DNA of 58,262 nt, the filler included, from Basidiobolus ranarum (taxonomy: Eukaryota): NCBI GenBank assembly GCA_040143965.1. It is 9 parts of 9 records of this genome, joined end to end, with 100 filler letters (N's around TTAATTAATTAA, not from the genome) between each part and the next. Parts side by side here need not be neighbours in the genome. Positions count along the whole stretch, not along the records: positions 19,475 to 25,860 come from JASJQH010001328.1; positions 25,961 to 32,345 come from JASJQH010001329.1; positions 32,446 to 38,829 come from JASJQH010001330.1; 6 more parts are not named here. One strand, written 5' to 3'. The position numbers and the translations under genes were made by a program. The notes beneath the pieces were generated by a model. It saw nothing but the letters and a program-made list of their open reading frames with translations, was not told where the DNA came from and searched no databases. Positions 22,621-32,949 of this stretch are shown here, one piece after another. Each line of letters begins with the position of its first letter. Position 1 is the first letter of the stretch.

Positions 22621-24349
22621 GATCTCCAGCCCACCAAGACATCTTCTTAATCAACCCAACCTTCCATTTAATACTTTCATATACACAGTATAGTATTCAG
22701 CGGAAGCTGCGTAATCGTTGGCATTTTGTTGATTCTAAGTCGTTCCTTTAGCTCTTGGCATTCTTTGTGTCTGTTGTTTGAGGTGGTATCGTTGACTTTT
22801 AAATATATCATATGAATATAGCATGCGAGTTACTACCCACAGTGTTTTAATCTAGAATGAGAGGAATTAAAGAAATTGATTAGATATTTCAGTTAGGGTT
22901 AGGGGGATGAATAGCACCAGGTGGTGTGGACTTTATTTAGCTTATATACTAATCTAGAAAAAGACAATCAAGACATCAATCTTTTAAGATATTGTGACAA
23001 TACTGGATCATATCCATACTTAACTTGATTACCAATGTAATCAAGTTCTGAGGATGTAAATATAGTGTTAAGGGGGAAAGGTGGTATGCATAAAGGAAGA
23101 TACTCAATACAAACTAAATGGACAATAGGACAAAAACCTTACGGGAATGAAAAGCACCAGAGGGCATAATCTTTATTTATCTCAAGCCATACAACACAAA
23201 TAAACAAAGAAGTCAAGATGAAAGTAAAAGTCAAAGATTAAGCTAACTAAGACCAGTTTAGGCCAGCTTCCCAAATCTCATCATATAAGATAAAAGTGTG
23301 GGGATGAAAAACCTTAGCTTGGGAAATGTAGAAGTCTTTCAAAAATGTTATAGCAACTGGAGAGGGGGAATGTTTTAGAAGTGAAGTAAATCTTGTAAGC
23401 ATAGTGTCTTTCAAAGAAAAGGGAACATAAAGTGGTATAGGGTATAGATGTTGTGCTAAGGGTAATGATGAAAAGAGAGGGTATGGGGGACACAATCCTC
23501 CCAATATAAAAAGAAAGCAGTAGATATGGGAGATGCAATCCCCCATGTGCTCCTCTCTCACACAACATACATAAGATACTAGTATATAGGAAGAATTGGG
23601 TTTGACCGAATTTTCCTAAGGTCTGAAATCTGACCATAGACTCAGGTGAGTAAGAGAGAGTTTTTCTAATATGGTGAAAAAGTCATTGCCTACCTCTGCA
23701 ATTATTTTTAACTTTGCTAAATCTCTTAATAGTTGTGTCTAGGTAAGATTTCTGTAGCACCTAGTCTATAAACATGTCATATGCAACACTTGTACAAATT
23801 AACTGATGTAATTAGTGCTAAAATTCAGATTTCAAATATACAGTCAGCAAAAACAAACATGTCCTTGTTAAATTGCACAAAAGTTCTGAATATATCTCAT
23901 TTTACTATTAATTGACTTCCTTCTTTTTTTGCTTGAAGTTTGGATATTACTGATTAATAACATTTATACTAAGTAAGTAAATAGGGACTAATGTAAAAAT
24001 TGTCAATAAAATTTTTATTGAACAAGCCAAAAATATGGAAACTTGAAAATAACATATTGCTAATCTTTTGCAACAATTTTTCCTGTAGAAGTGTTTATAT
24101 ATTGTTTGCATAGTTATAGACTTGTTTATCAATATAGAAAAATGCATTAAAGTAGTGAAAGTAACTATGAGGCTACATAACCTGCGCAGCACAAGGGTGC
24201 TATAAATTTTCAAAGTGGTGTAACATGCAACATGTTAGTAACTCAAGTATTACAACTTAGATAAATAAAAGAAATATGCACCACAGAATCCACTTAAGTT
24301 AAACAACCTTCTTAGTTCCAAGAAGCATAGTACTTGTAACAAGCTTTAT

Positions 24350-25090
24350 ATTTCACACACAATTTTTTAGGGGCTACTATGATTGTAGCTCATTCAACAT
24401 GTGGTGCAAACATAAATATCTTTTCAAACACTTGTTTACTTCTGTAGTGTGTATAACAGTTACCATGTCATGATATTTCATCTTGGACTTCCAAGCAGTT
24501 ACCAAGTTTGTACACCTTCCAACATGCACCACAAAAGTAAGCATATTTTGAAAACATATTTCCTTTTGATGTGCATATGACAGAGACCATGCCATGATGT
24601 TTCAGGTTTGAATTTGTAGGAATTATGAAGATTGCTCATCCCTTGATGCTCACTACACACATGAGCATATTTATCAAAAGATATTTACTTTTGGCATGTG
24701 TATAAAGGAGATTACATAATGAAATTCTATTGGTAACTTTATAGAAGCTACAAAGATTGGTCATCCATCAACATGCACTACAAATGTGAGCACCTTTTTA
24801 AATATTTATTTACATTTGGCATGCATACAGTAGTTACCATATTGTAATATTTCACCTGCAACTTTATGGCAGCTATGACTGACATTCATCCCTCAATATG
24901 TACTGCAAATCTGAGCATCCTTTTAAAAGTAATTTACTTTTAGCATGCCTATGGCAGATACTACATTGTAATTTTTCGCCTGTGACTTTATAGGAGTCTC
25001 AATGACCATTTATCGCTTGACAATCACTACAAAGGTGAGCTACTTTGTAAAAAATTTACTCACTTTTAGCATGCATGTAACAGATACTAC
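24350..25090. repeat. Degenerate tandem array, about 6 units of 124-125 bp
   Basis: The anchor CACTACAAAnnTGAGCA recurs at about 24402, 24527, 24651, 24776, 24901 and 25025, each followed by TTTACTTTTRGCATG-like and AACTTTATRG-like blocks. Confidence 0.85.
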
Positions 25091-25375
25091 TAAGTATTTG
25101 GGTGCCTGTTGGAAGTGGTTTGGAGAATTAGAGGCATTGGTGGCTTTCACTTATTGATTTATTGAGTATTTGGTTGACATTTATAGTTTTGTCAAGATTT
25201 AAACAAGCTAACATGTAGAATGTATTAAGGAATGTCCCACAAACATGTGTGCAAAGTTTGGGGCTTCTAGCACAAATTTGAAAATTCTATATATTTGAGA
25301 ACTACTAAGTTGGTAAAAATGTTTGAAGTAAATCAAATTGAAAATAATGGATACTATTATAGTGAAATATGAAAG
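25091..25375. mobile_element. LTR-like remnant, same family as 1-362 and 39348-39572
   Basis: Begins TGTTGGAAGTGG at about 25107 and shares the TGTGTGCAAAGTTTGGGGCTTCTAG block with the other copies. Confidence 0.7.
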
Positions 25376-25389
25376 AGTACATTGCAGAA

Positions 25390-25860
25390 AATCTGGAGAA
25401 AGGATTTATCCAACATTAGAAGTCTCCGGCAGGCTCTCCAATCTTATTTATTAAGAAAAAGGATGGATCCCTCCATCTCTGTGTTGATTATTGAGGCCTA
25501 AATAGCATTGAAGTCAAAAATTGGTACCCCTTGCCATTAATCATCTCACTCTTGAATCAGCTTGCTTCAGCCAAGGCACTTACAAAGATTGATTCAAGAG
25601 GTGCTTACAATCTTGTGAGAATCAAACCAGGAGACCAATAGAAAATTGCCCTTTGAACTTGCTATGGACACTTTGAATACAGTGTCATGCCATTTGGACT
25701 TACCAATGCCCCTGCAGTCTTTCAACACATGATGCATGATATCTTAAGAGAGTATCTTGACCAGTTTGTCGTAATCAACCTTGACAATATCTTGGTCTTC
25801 CCAAGCTCTCAACAAGAACATAATATTCATGTATCCCAAGTCCTACAAAAGTTGGAAACC
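25390..25860 (+). mobile_element. Degenerate Ty3/Gypsy reverse transcriptase fragment
   Basis: [80 protein letters not shown] (decayed YLDD). Confidence 0.95.
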
Positions 25861-25960
25861 NNNNNNNNNNNNNNNNNNNNNNNNNNNNNNNNNNNNNNNN
25901 NNNNTTAATTAATTAANNNNNNNNNNNNNNNNNNNNNNNNNNNNNNNNNNNNNNNNNNNN
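25861..25960. other. Artificial contig spacer
   Basis: N44-TTAATTAATTAA-N44. Confidence 0.99.
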
Positions 25961-26401
25961 AGCAGGAAGCATGGTTTTGTCGTGATGCAATCACAAGGAC
26001 ATGATAATGGTCGTGCAGTATAGTGGCGTGTGAGGTTAACTGTCACCGGTGAGACTATTGAGTTGGCGCTGTAATGGATGTTTATAAACAGGAATAATGA
26101 AGGAGTTACTTCGATAAGTATCGAGTAGTGGTGGCGATAGCATTGTTTCTGTTGATAGAGGTGTGAGTGTGAGCATGTTGCTAGGAGTGGGACAGGGGAT
26201 GGCTTGGTAGTACCATAAACCTTTCCAATTTCCCCCGAGATCGCCAGGCAATAAGGAAGCTACCAGATAGCAAGAGAGAATTGTGGATCAGATAGCGAAG
26301 TGTGGGCTATACTGTCCTTAGAATCGTACTACACAACACCATACCACGCTACATCACAATCCTCATCATCACTCGTGACTCTGAATCCTTGAAGTGAGAC
26401 A
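25961..26401 (-). repeat. Left arm of a long inverted repeat pair (LTR-like, starts TGTC at its inner boundary)
   Basis: The reverse complement aligns with 31828-32345. The inner end reads TGTCTCACTTCAAGGATTCAGAGTCACGAG. Confidence 0.9.
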
Positions 26402-28544
26402 CAAAAGTAACCACCTTCTCCAATAATGGTGTTTACTACTGTGCCAGAAATGGGATATTCCTAATTAAAAAATAGGCTACGGCATGGGAACCTTGCTATC
26501 CAAGATTGAACACCTATTCATATTATCATAAGCGCTAAAAGCCATTTCGTAGCACCATTAGAATTAACTTCTGTGTATGGGAAGATTTGCTAGTGAGACA
26601 TTTTCCTTTACTCGTTGATCTCTATGTATGACCATAACCATACTATAGCCATGACCATGACCATGAAGGTGAGGCAAATCTAAAGATTAGATCTGGTTTG
26701 ATACTCTTCAATTAATACTCGCCAGTATTTAGTAAGCACCCGAGTAACGAATTCTTTAATACAGATTCTGCATGCCACGTAGAAAATACCTCAGACATAC
26801 AGAATATGGTAAGAAACACTCAAACGGGACAAGGTACTAAATGTATTACCTTATGAAATGATTAGCTCACCGGTATTTTCCCCATAGTTTCTGTATTTAG
26901 TTGTTTTTAAATGGTTTAACGAATCCCTATAAGCAAGAACCAGGGCTAGGGTTGGCGGTGTGAAATGAAGGGTAAGGATGATAACGTCTTAGTGGTCAAG
27001 CTCTATTGGTTCATCATCATTTATTGTATAGGAAGCGGATTTAGAAATGGTGTAATCATGTTCGGGAAAATCTCTTAATGTAAGGAGCGGAGAAGCCGCC
27101 ACTACAATTTCCGATTTATTCCTCAGTTAGGCCAGTTTCAAGTTGACCTGTTCATAGCAGGTTATCTCGATTCATATACCAAGGATGGGTTCAAGTGTAA
27201 ACAAGCTTCTGGTAACAGGATTGTAAGCATCAACCGATCGTTTGCAGAGTTAACCTAGAATTCAAGAAATGGTTGATGCAGGATTATCCTTCCTATTTGG
27301 ATTAACCTGAGATGAACGATAGTCACACGATCGTCTTGTAATTTTCCCCACTATATTCACCAAAGTCATCTTCACAAACCGATACTTTCCCCCACCAATA
27401 CCTCCTGGATGGTTCCTAGACTAATTTTTTGCGTTACATCCACAATTCGAGCATTTTATAATGTGGTGACACGAAGTTTCAGTGAGTATAGGTGGCCTCG
27501 TACGAACTCTATACTGTTAGACAGTGCTTAATCAAATATACGTGCAAGATTTTGTGCCAAGGTAAGCCCCCTCTTTCCCAAATTTTCCTTTTACATCTCT
27601 GTAGAATGGGTGGCTACATACTTCATTTCCCACAGCCTTTGACTAACACTTTGTTTTCCTTTTATGTGATGACTCGTTGGGTTTCAAGAAGTCCTTTGGA
27701 TTGGCTATCATTCCACTGCTTTTCATCGAATGATCACCAAATGTCTAAGCCAAGGTGTTGTTGAAGCTGTAAGTTTCAAGCAACTTGTACATCTCTTAAA
27801 AATGAACAAATCTCCATTCTATATATCATATAGGCACAGTAAATGAGTTATTGATATCTGCACTATGACTAACGATATTTCGATACTTTAATCGAGATTG
27901 TCGTTGATAAGGAGAAAATTGATAGATCCAAATCTCCATTTTGGTCATTTCCAATGTTGCGCGCAAATGACTTGTTGGGTACAAAAGTTCCGTGGCGTGT
28001 GTTTAGTTACTGAACTGGCCTAGTTTATAGAATATATTTTCCAATGGTTTAATTTCATACCCCTAGGCTCTGGTCATTCAACATACATTTATGGTTGTGG
28101 CACTTTAGATTGCACCAACATATTCCATTGCTCTTGGTCGATGTTCTTGACTATATTTTACAGTATAGCCGTATGCCCGATTTTCTTAGAGACATGCCTT
28201 GATATAGTCAAAGGTTTTGGTCAAGAAAAGATTGAATTATTGATATTCGACTAGAAAAAGCAATTTTGCCATAAAACACTTACGAATTGCGATGAATTAG
28301 CTGAAAGAGGCAAACAAAGTTAACCAGCGTTTATTACTTGGTTGTAGAGATTGTTTTTGTAATCCACGCATAATTCACGCATAATCCACTCTGTTACTGA
28401 AGCAAATCATCCACGAGGAAAGGATTAATCCCGTTCCGAAGTTAATGGCCCTAAAGTTCATCCACCCATGAAATGCTCTCTGAAATGGTCCATGAATTAC
28501 GAATCACCAATTTGATAAAAACTTTAATTAAAGTATATATAGAC

Positions 28545-28595
28545 CAATATAGGTGCTCAAACAATATAGGTGCTCAAACAATATAGGTGCTTAAA
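28545..28595 (+). repeat. 3 x 17-bp tandem repeat upstream of the GATA gene
   Basis: CAATATAGGTGCTCAAA twice, then CAATATAGGTGCTTAAA. Confidence 0.95.
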
Positions 28596-29283
28596 ATATC
28601 CTTTTTAATACTGTAACTCAAAGTCAGGTGAGTTTCAACTTGATTGGCTAGATATTCCTCCAGAAAATAGTTTTAGTTGTTGTTAGTCTGCCATGCGTGC
28701 TTAGCATCCAAGAAGTGGCGTAGAAGGGTTTGCTCATCCTAATGGTGGACACCTCCTAATAGTGCCGGATGGGTTTCATATCCAGATCTAACGGAAACCT
28801 GACAATGACCATGGCTGTTGAGAGAAAGCATTGACATGGTCAACCTCTGATTCGACTGAATAGAGAATTCCATGTTCATCTGAGATTCAGGTAGGGCTAG
28901 GTCACTTGATCACGAGCGTCCAAAAAAGTCCATTTCTATTTTGGTTCATTGCGACATTTATTTCAATCGATCTTTAATAAAGTATTTCTTTTGAGAATTA
29001 GTGTAACAACCCGAAGTTCACTTTTCACTTTTACTCAGTTTACTTTTACTTGCGCTTTTGCTTTCACTGTATTCGAATTATTTACTCATCGTTGATTGGT
29101 CAGAATATCGAGAACAATCATATAAAACCCCACTTATTGCCCATCGAGAAAAGGAACACTCATCTCCAATATCATTTATTCTTTCACTTTTGTATACATC
29201 GAATTGTATTAGAAAACCGACGTTTTTTAACTTTTACATAGCGTTTGCCATATTCATATATCGTTCATAAATCTCCATTTACT

Positions 29284-30507
29284 ATGTCCTTCAACTTTGA
29301 CTTCGTCAATCAAGATTCTTGCAAACAGCCTTCTGAAGCCAGTATGGTATCTCAGTATCAAGATATGAAAATTCCTGTTTCTGACTCTTTCTCGTGGGCC
29401 ACACCACGTTCCGGACTTTCCCTTACTGAGAGCTTCAACAACTCTAATGTTTCCATGGGCTCCAATTCAACACACGCTTTTGACTTCACAAACATGCTGA
29501 CTCCTGACTTCAGCCCTATTGAGAGTATCTGCAGCAGTCCAGATAGCCCAGGCTTTCTTGCTAATGAACTCCATCGCATGGAACATGTCAACAACTCCAT
29601 GATGAACACCATGTCTCCACTAGACATCATCACACTGCAGCAACAATTGGTTGCCAACGGCACAATGACTCTAAATCAAGCTCAAAATGAACAGCAAACC
29701 AGAAACAATTATTCCATGATGGACGAAAGTGGTTTCGATTTATATTTTGACCTCAATGAAGAAAACTATGCCTCAGGCCCTGATGCCTCACCTTTGATGA
29801 AGCATTCTAACGATTCCACCGACCCTGAGAAGAAATCAACCGGTAAAACTAAGTCTCACCGCGACTTGGTTTGCTTTAATTGTGGTGTCACTAGTACTCC
29901 ACTTTGGAGACGTACTCCTGATCGCAAACACTCATTATGTAATGCATGTGGACTTTACTACAAACAATATCAAGCTCATCGTCCTTTGCACATTCGACAC
30001 AAGCCTTCTTTACCCGATCATGTCAAACCTTATCCTAGTCAAAGCCCTCGTAAGGTTACTCAACCCAGTATTACAAAGGCTAAGGATGGTGATGAAGCAA
30101 CAATCGAATGTGTCAATTGTCATCAAACCAAAACTCCTCTTTGGAGAAAGAATGACAAAGGTCAACCTATCTGTAACGCATGTGGATTATATTCTAGGCT
30201 TCATCACAAAGATCGCCCAGTCACTATGCGCAAATCAAAGATTCAGCGTAGAAGAAGAGATTGGTCTTTGGTCACTCCTGAACAGCAGAATGTTGATAAC
30301 ATGCCACCATTGACTCCTCCACATACACCATCTATTTCCTCACCCTATGTGGACCAATGCTCGATAAATCCTCTCTTCGATTTCAACGAGTCTCGTTTCC
30401 AAGAGTCTTTATCACAACTTTCTCCAAACGAGCTTAATACATGGTACAATTTCTTTGAAAAGAGGGCCAAATTATTGGAAGATGCAATGATCTCTCAGCA
30501 GATATAA
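29284..30507 (+). CDS. GATA transcription factor with two zinc fingers, intronless
   Basis: CFNCGVTSTPLWRRTPDRKHSLCNACGLY (CX2CX18CX2C) and CVNCHQTKTPLWRKNDKGQPICNACGLY (CX2CX17CX2C), followed by the basic tail RPVTMRKSKIQRRRR. First ATG at 29284. Confidence 0.96.
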   Translation: MSFNFDFVNQDSCKQPSEASMVSQYQDMKIPVSDSFSWATPRSGLSLTESFNNSNVSMGSNSTHAFDFTNMLTPDFSPIESICSSPDSPGFLANELHRMEHVNNSMMNTMSPLDIITLQQQLVANGTMTLNQAQNEQQTRNNYSMMDESGFDLYFDLNEENYASGPDASPLMKHSNDSTDPEKKSTGKTKSHRDLVCFNCGVTSTPLWRRTPDRKHSLCNACGLYYKQYQAHRPLHIRHKPSLPDHVKPYPSQSPRKVTQPSITKAKDGDEATIECVNCHQTKTPLWRKNDKGQPICNACGLYSRLHHKDRPVTMRKSKIQRRRRDWSLVTPEQQNVDNMPPLTPPHTPSISSPYVDQCSINPLFDFNESRFQESLSQLSPNELNTWYNFFEKRAKLLEDAMISQQI

Positions 30508-31827
30508 GTCATCGGAACTTCCTAATGCATCACATACTACCCTTCTGAATAAGATGGGTTACAATCACCAATACACACACACACACACATGGACATTTGT
30601 TTTCTTTAGATACTGCACGGCATTATTTCACTCAAGCTCTATATTCTTTACTATGGATGAATTTTTTCACTATTTCACCGCAACTGTAGTACTTAATTTT
30701 GATATCACCAAGGTTATTTTTCTTTCCATTGTAAATAAATGAATCTGTAAATTACAAAAGATATGTCGGCTTTAGATATACTATTACTCATAGTTCATAA
30801 TATTATTGGATACTAACCTTTGGACGGCTACTCCCTAGTGCAGATGTTCTTTTAGCTTTGACGTGGTGTTTCATCACATCCTATAAGGAAACCCACGGCT
30901 CTCCCAATTTAGTGATCTCCTAATTGATTTGTAGAAATCCCATTTAGAATTTTTCTAAATTAAGATTCTTCCACCAATGATCTTTTGTCAGAGGCCACCT
31001 ATACCATTCGACCAGCCAATCGTTAGTCTTGTTACTCTGGAGGCAAATTGATAGAGTGATGGGATAAACTGAAGTCTGATTCGCAGGGAGGATGGTATAG
31101 GTGGCCTCGCACAAAAATGAAGAATCTTTCCGATTTGAAGGAGAGAACTGGTAACTACAACCAATCATACTTGGTGTACATGCTGATTAGTTGTTGAAGT
31201 TCATTCTAGTAAATATTAGGTAGGAGAGTGGGTGAAGGTCTCGTCACTATACGTAACGGACTCGGACCATTTTAACTAAAAAAGTGGCCGGTGAGTTCTA
31301 TATTACTAGCGCTAGATACATCTCAGGTGATATATTTCTTTTGCTAAGTGACGTAGCACTTACTACAGCAATCCCATCTAGGATGTTGGTTTGAAGTGAA
31401 ATCTCACAGATCAGATTTAGTTTGAATAGAGGTAAATCCTGACTCGGTGGTGGTATCCCACATGCCTATCAAATTGATGCACAGATGATAAGTTATCTGT
31501 AATAACGGGAGGGGGGGGCTCCACCGAGTCAACCGAACTTTGGGACCTCTTGTAAACAAGTATCGAGATTTGTCATCAGGATACTTCTTACGTGAGAGAA
31601 ATATGAAAAAGTAAGAACCCGATTTGGTCATCTACTGTGGCTTTACTGGATAAACTTCAGTTCCATTAATGCATATCATATCCCCTTATTTAGTCATTTG
31701 AGCCAATATGAAATAAAGCCATAAAAATATAGGACTTCTTTTCTACATCTATGTTTCAAGGGAGCTTTCCATTGTAACTTTTGGATAGTATAGTATATAC
31801 AATGTTTGAGTAAAATAGCTCCGGCTT

Positions 31828-32345
31828 TGTCTTACTCCAAGGATTCAGAGTCACGAGAGTATTGTGACAGAGTGTAGTATTATGTAATACTGATTCTGAA
31901 AACAGCAATATCGCATCAAAACTATCAAGTTGGCTAGACAGATCAGCTGAGGATTAAGCAATCAACTCAAATACACAAGTAACTTGGCTCATACTGCACT
32001 TTATGATCCAACACCTCTTTTGCTATCTAATGCTAGCCTCATTATTGCCCGGTGATCTCGGGGAAAATTGGAGTGATCTATGGCGTTACCAAGCTATCCC
32101 TTGTCCTACTCCCAGCAACTTGTTCATACTCGCACTTACTCCCATTAGTGGTGGCAATACCTCTACTATCGCCATTACTATTCGATACTACTCGAGGTAA
32201 CTCTTTCATTATTTCTGTTTATGAATATCCATTGTAACGCGAACTCGACGGTCTCACCAGAGACAGTTAACCTCACACGCCACTATACTGCACGACCATT
32301 ATCATGTCCTTGTGATTGCATCACGACAAAGCCATGCTTCCTGCC
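31828..32345 (+). repeat. Right arm of the long inverted repeat pair
   Basis: Starts TGTCTTACTCCAAGGATTCAGAGTCACGAG. The last 84 nt match the reverse complement of 25961-26044 at 82/84 positions. Carries an extra segment at about 31910-31990. Confidence 0.9.
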
Positions 32346-32445
32346 NNNNNNNNNNNNNNNNNNNNNNNNNNNNNNNNNNNNNNNNNNNNTTAATTAATTA
32401 ANNNNNNNNNNNNNNNNNNNNNNNNNNNNNNNNNNNNNNNNNNNN
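32346..32445. other. Artificial contig spacer
   Basis: N44-TTAATTAATTAA-N44. Confidence 0.99.
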
Positions 32446-32935
32446 TTGTCATGGTAATGTTCATATGTATGGTGTGGGATTGATTGAAATCCCATATGAG
32501 AATGAATGGAGGGAGCAGCATGTTGCTGTAGCTCAAGTACAGCATTCTGAAGGTCTTGTATCATTATTGAGTGACTCTCTAACTGTTGACTAGTTGCTTC
32601 TAGACACTGCATTAATTGCAATATTGCAGTGTTATTGCTTTTCATGGCCTCTATAGCAACTTCATAGTTTTTACTTATGGTTGCATACAAATCATTACGG
32701 TGTTCTGCCTGCAATTCCCTTATTGTAATAATTCTATTCAAATTTTCTACAGGGGGTTGTTCAATAGTGGGCAAAGTAGCCATTTTGGAAGTTGATCGTC
32801 TTGATGGTGTTTTGGTTGAACTTTGCTCACCTATTGATTTACTACATAATTGGGGGATTACAATCTCTTCACTTGCACCATTGCTGAAAAGGAAAACATC
32901 TGGAAAATTGATCAATGCTTCACCATTACTTGAGA
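32446..32935 (-). repeat. Copy of the TE accessory-ORF repeat
   Basis: EEIVIPQLCSKSIGEQSSTKTPSRRSTSKMATLPTIE...LQNAVLELQQHAAP, homologous to 18470-18960. Confidence 0.85.
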
Positions 32936-32949
32936 TCTATTTACTCTAA

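Noticed and set aside
22893-22904. TTAGGGTTAGGG telomere-like repeat
   Set aside because: Only two units, internal to a contig.
24350-25090. CRISPR-like array
   Set aside because: Similarity extends along whole units with no unique spacers, there are no cas genes, and the context is eukaryotic.
29284-30507. Naming the GATA factor SreA/Fep1
   Set aside because: It lacks the Cys-rich inter-finger region and has an X18 first finger.
32394-32445. ORFs running into X stretches (also 25687-25908, 38874-39056, 45363-45659)
   Set aside because: Their ends are artefacts of translating through the N spacers.
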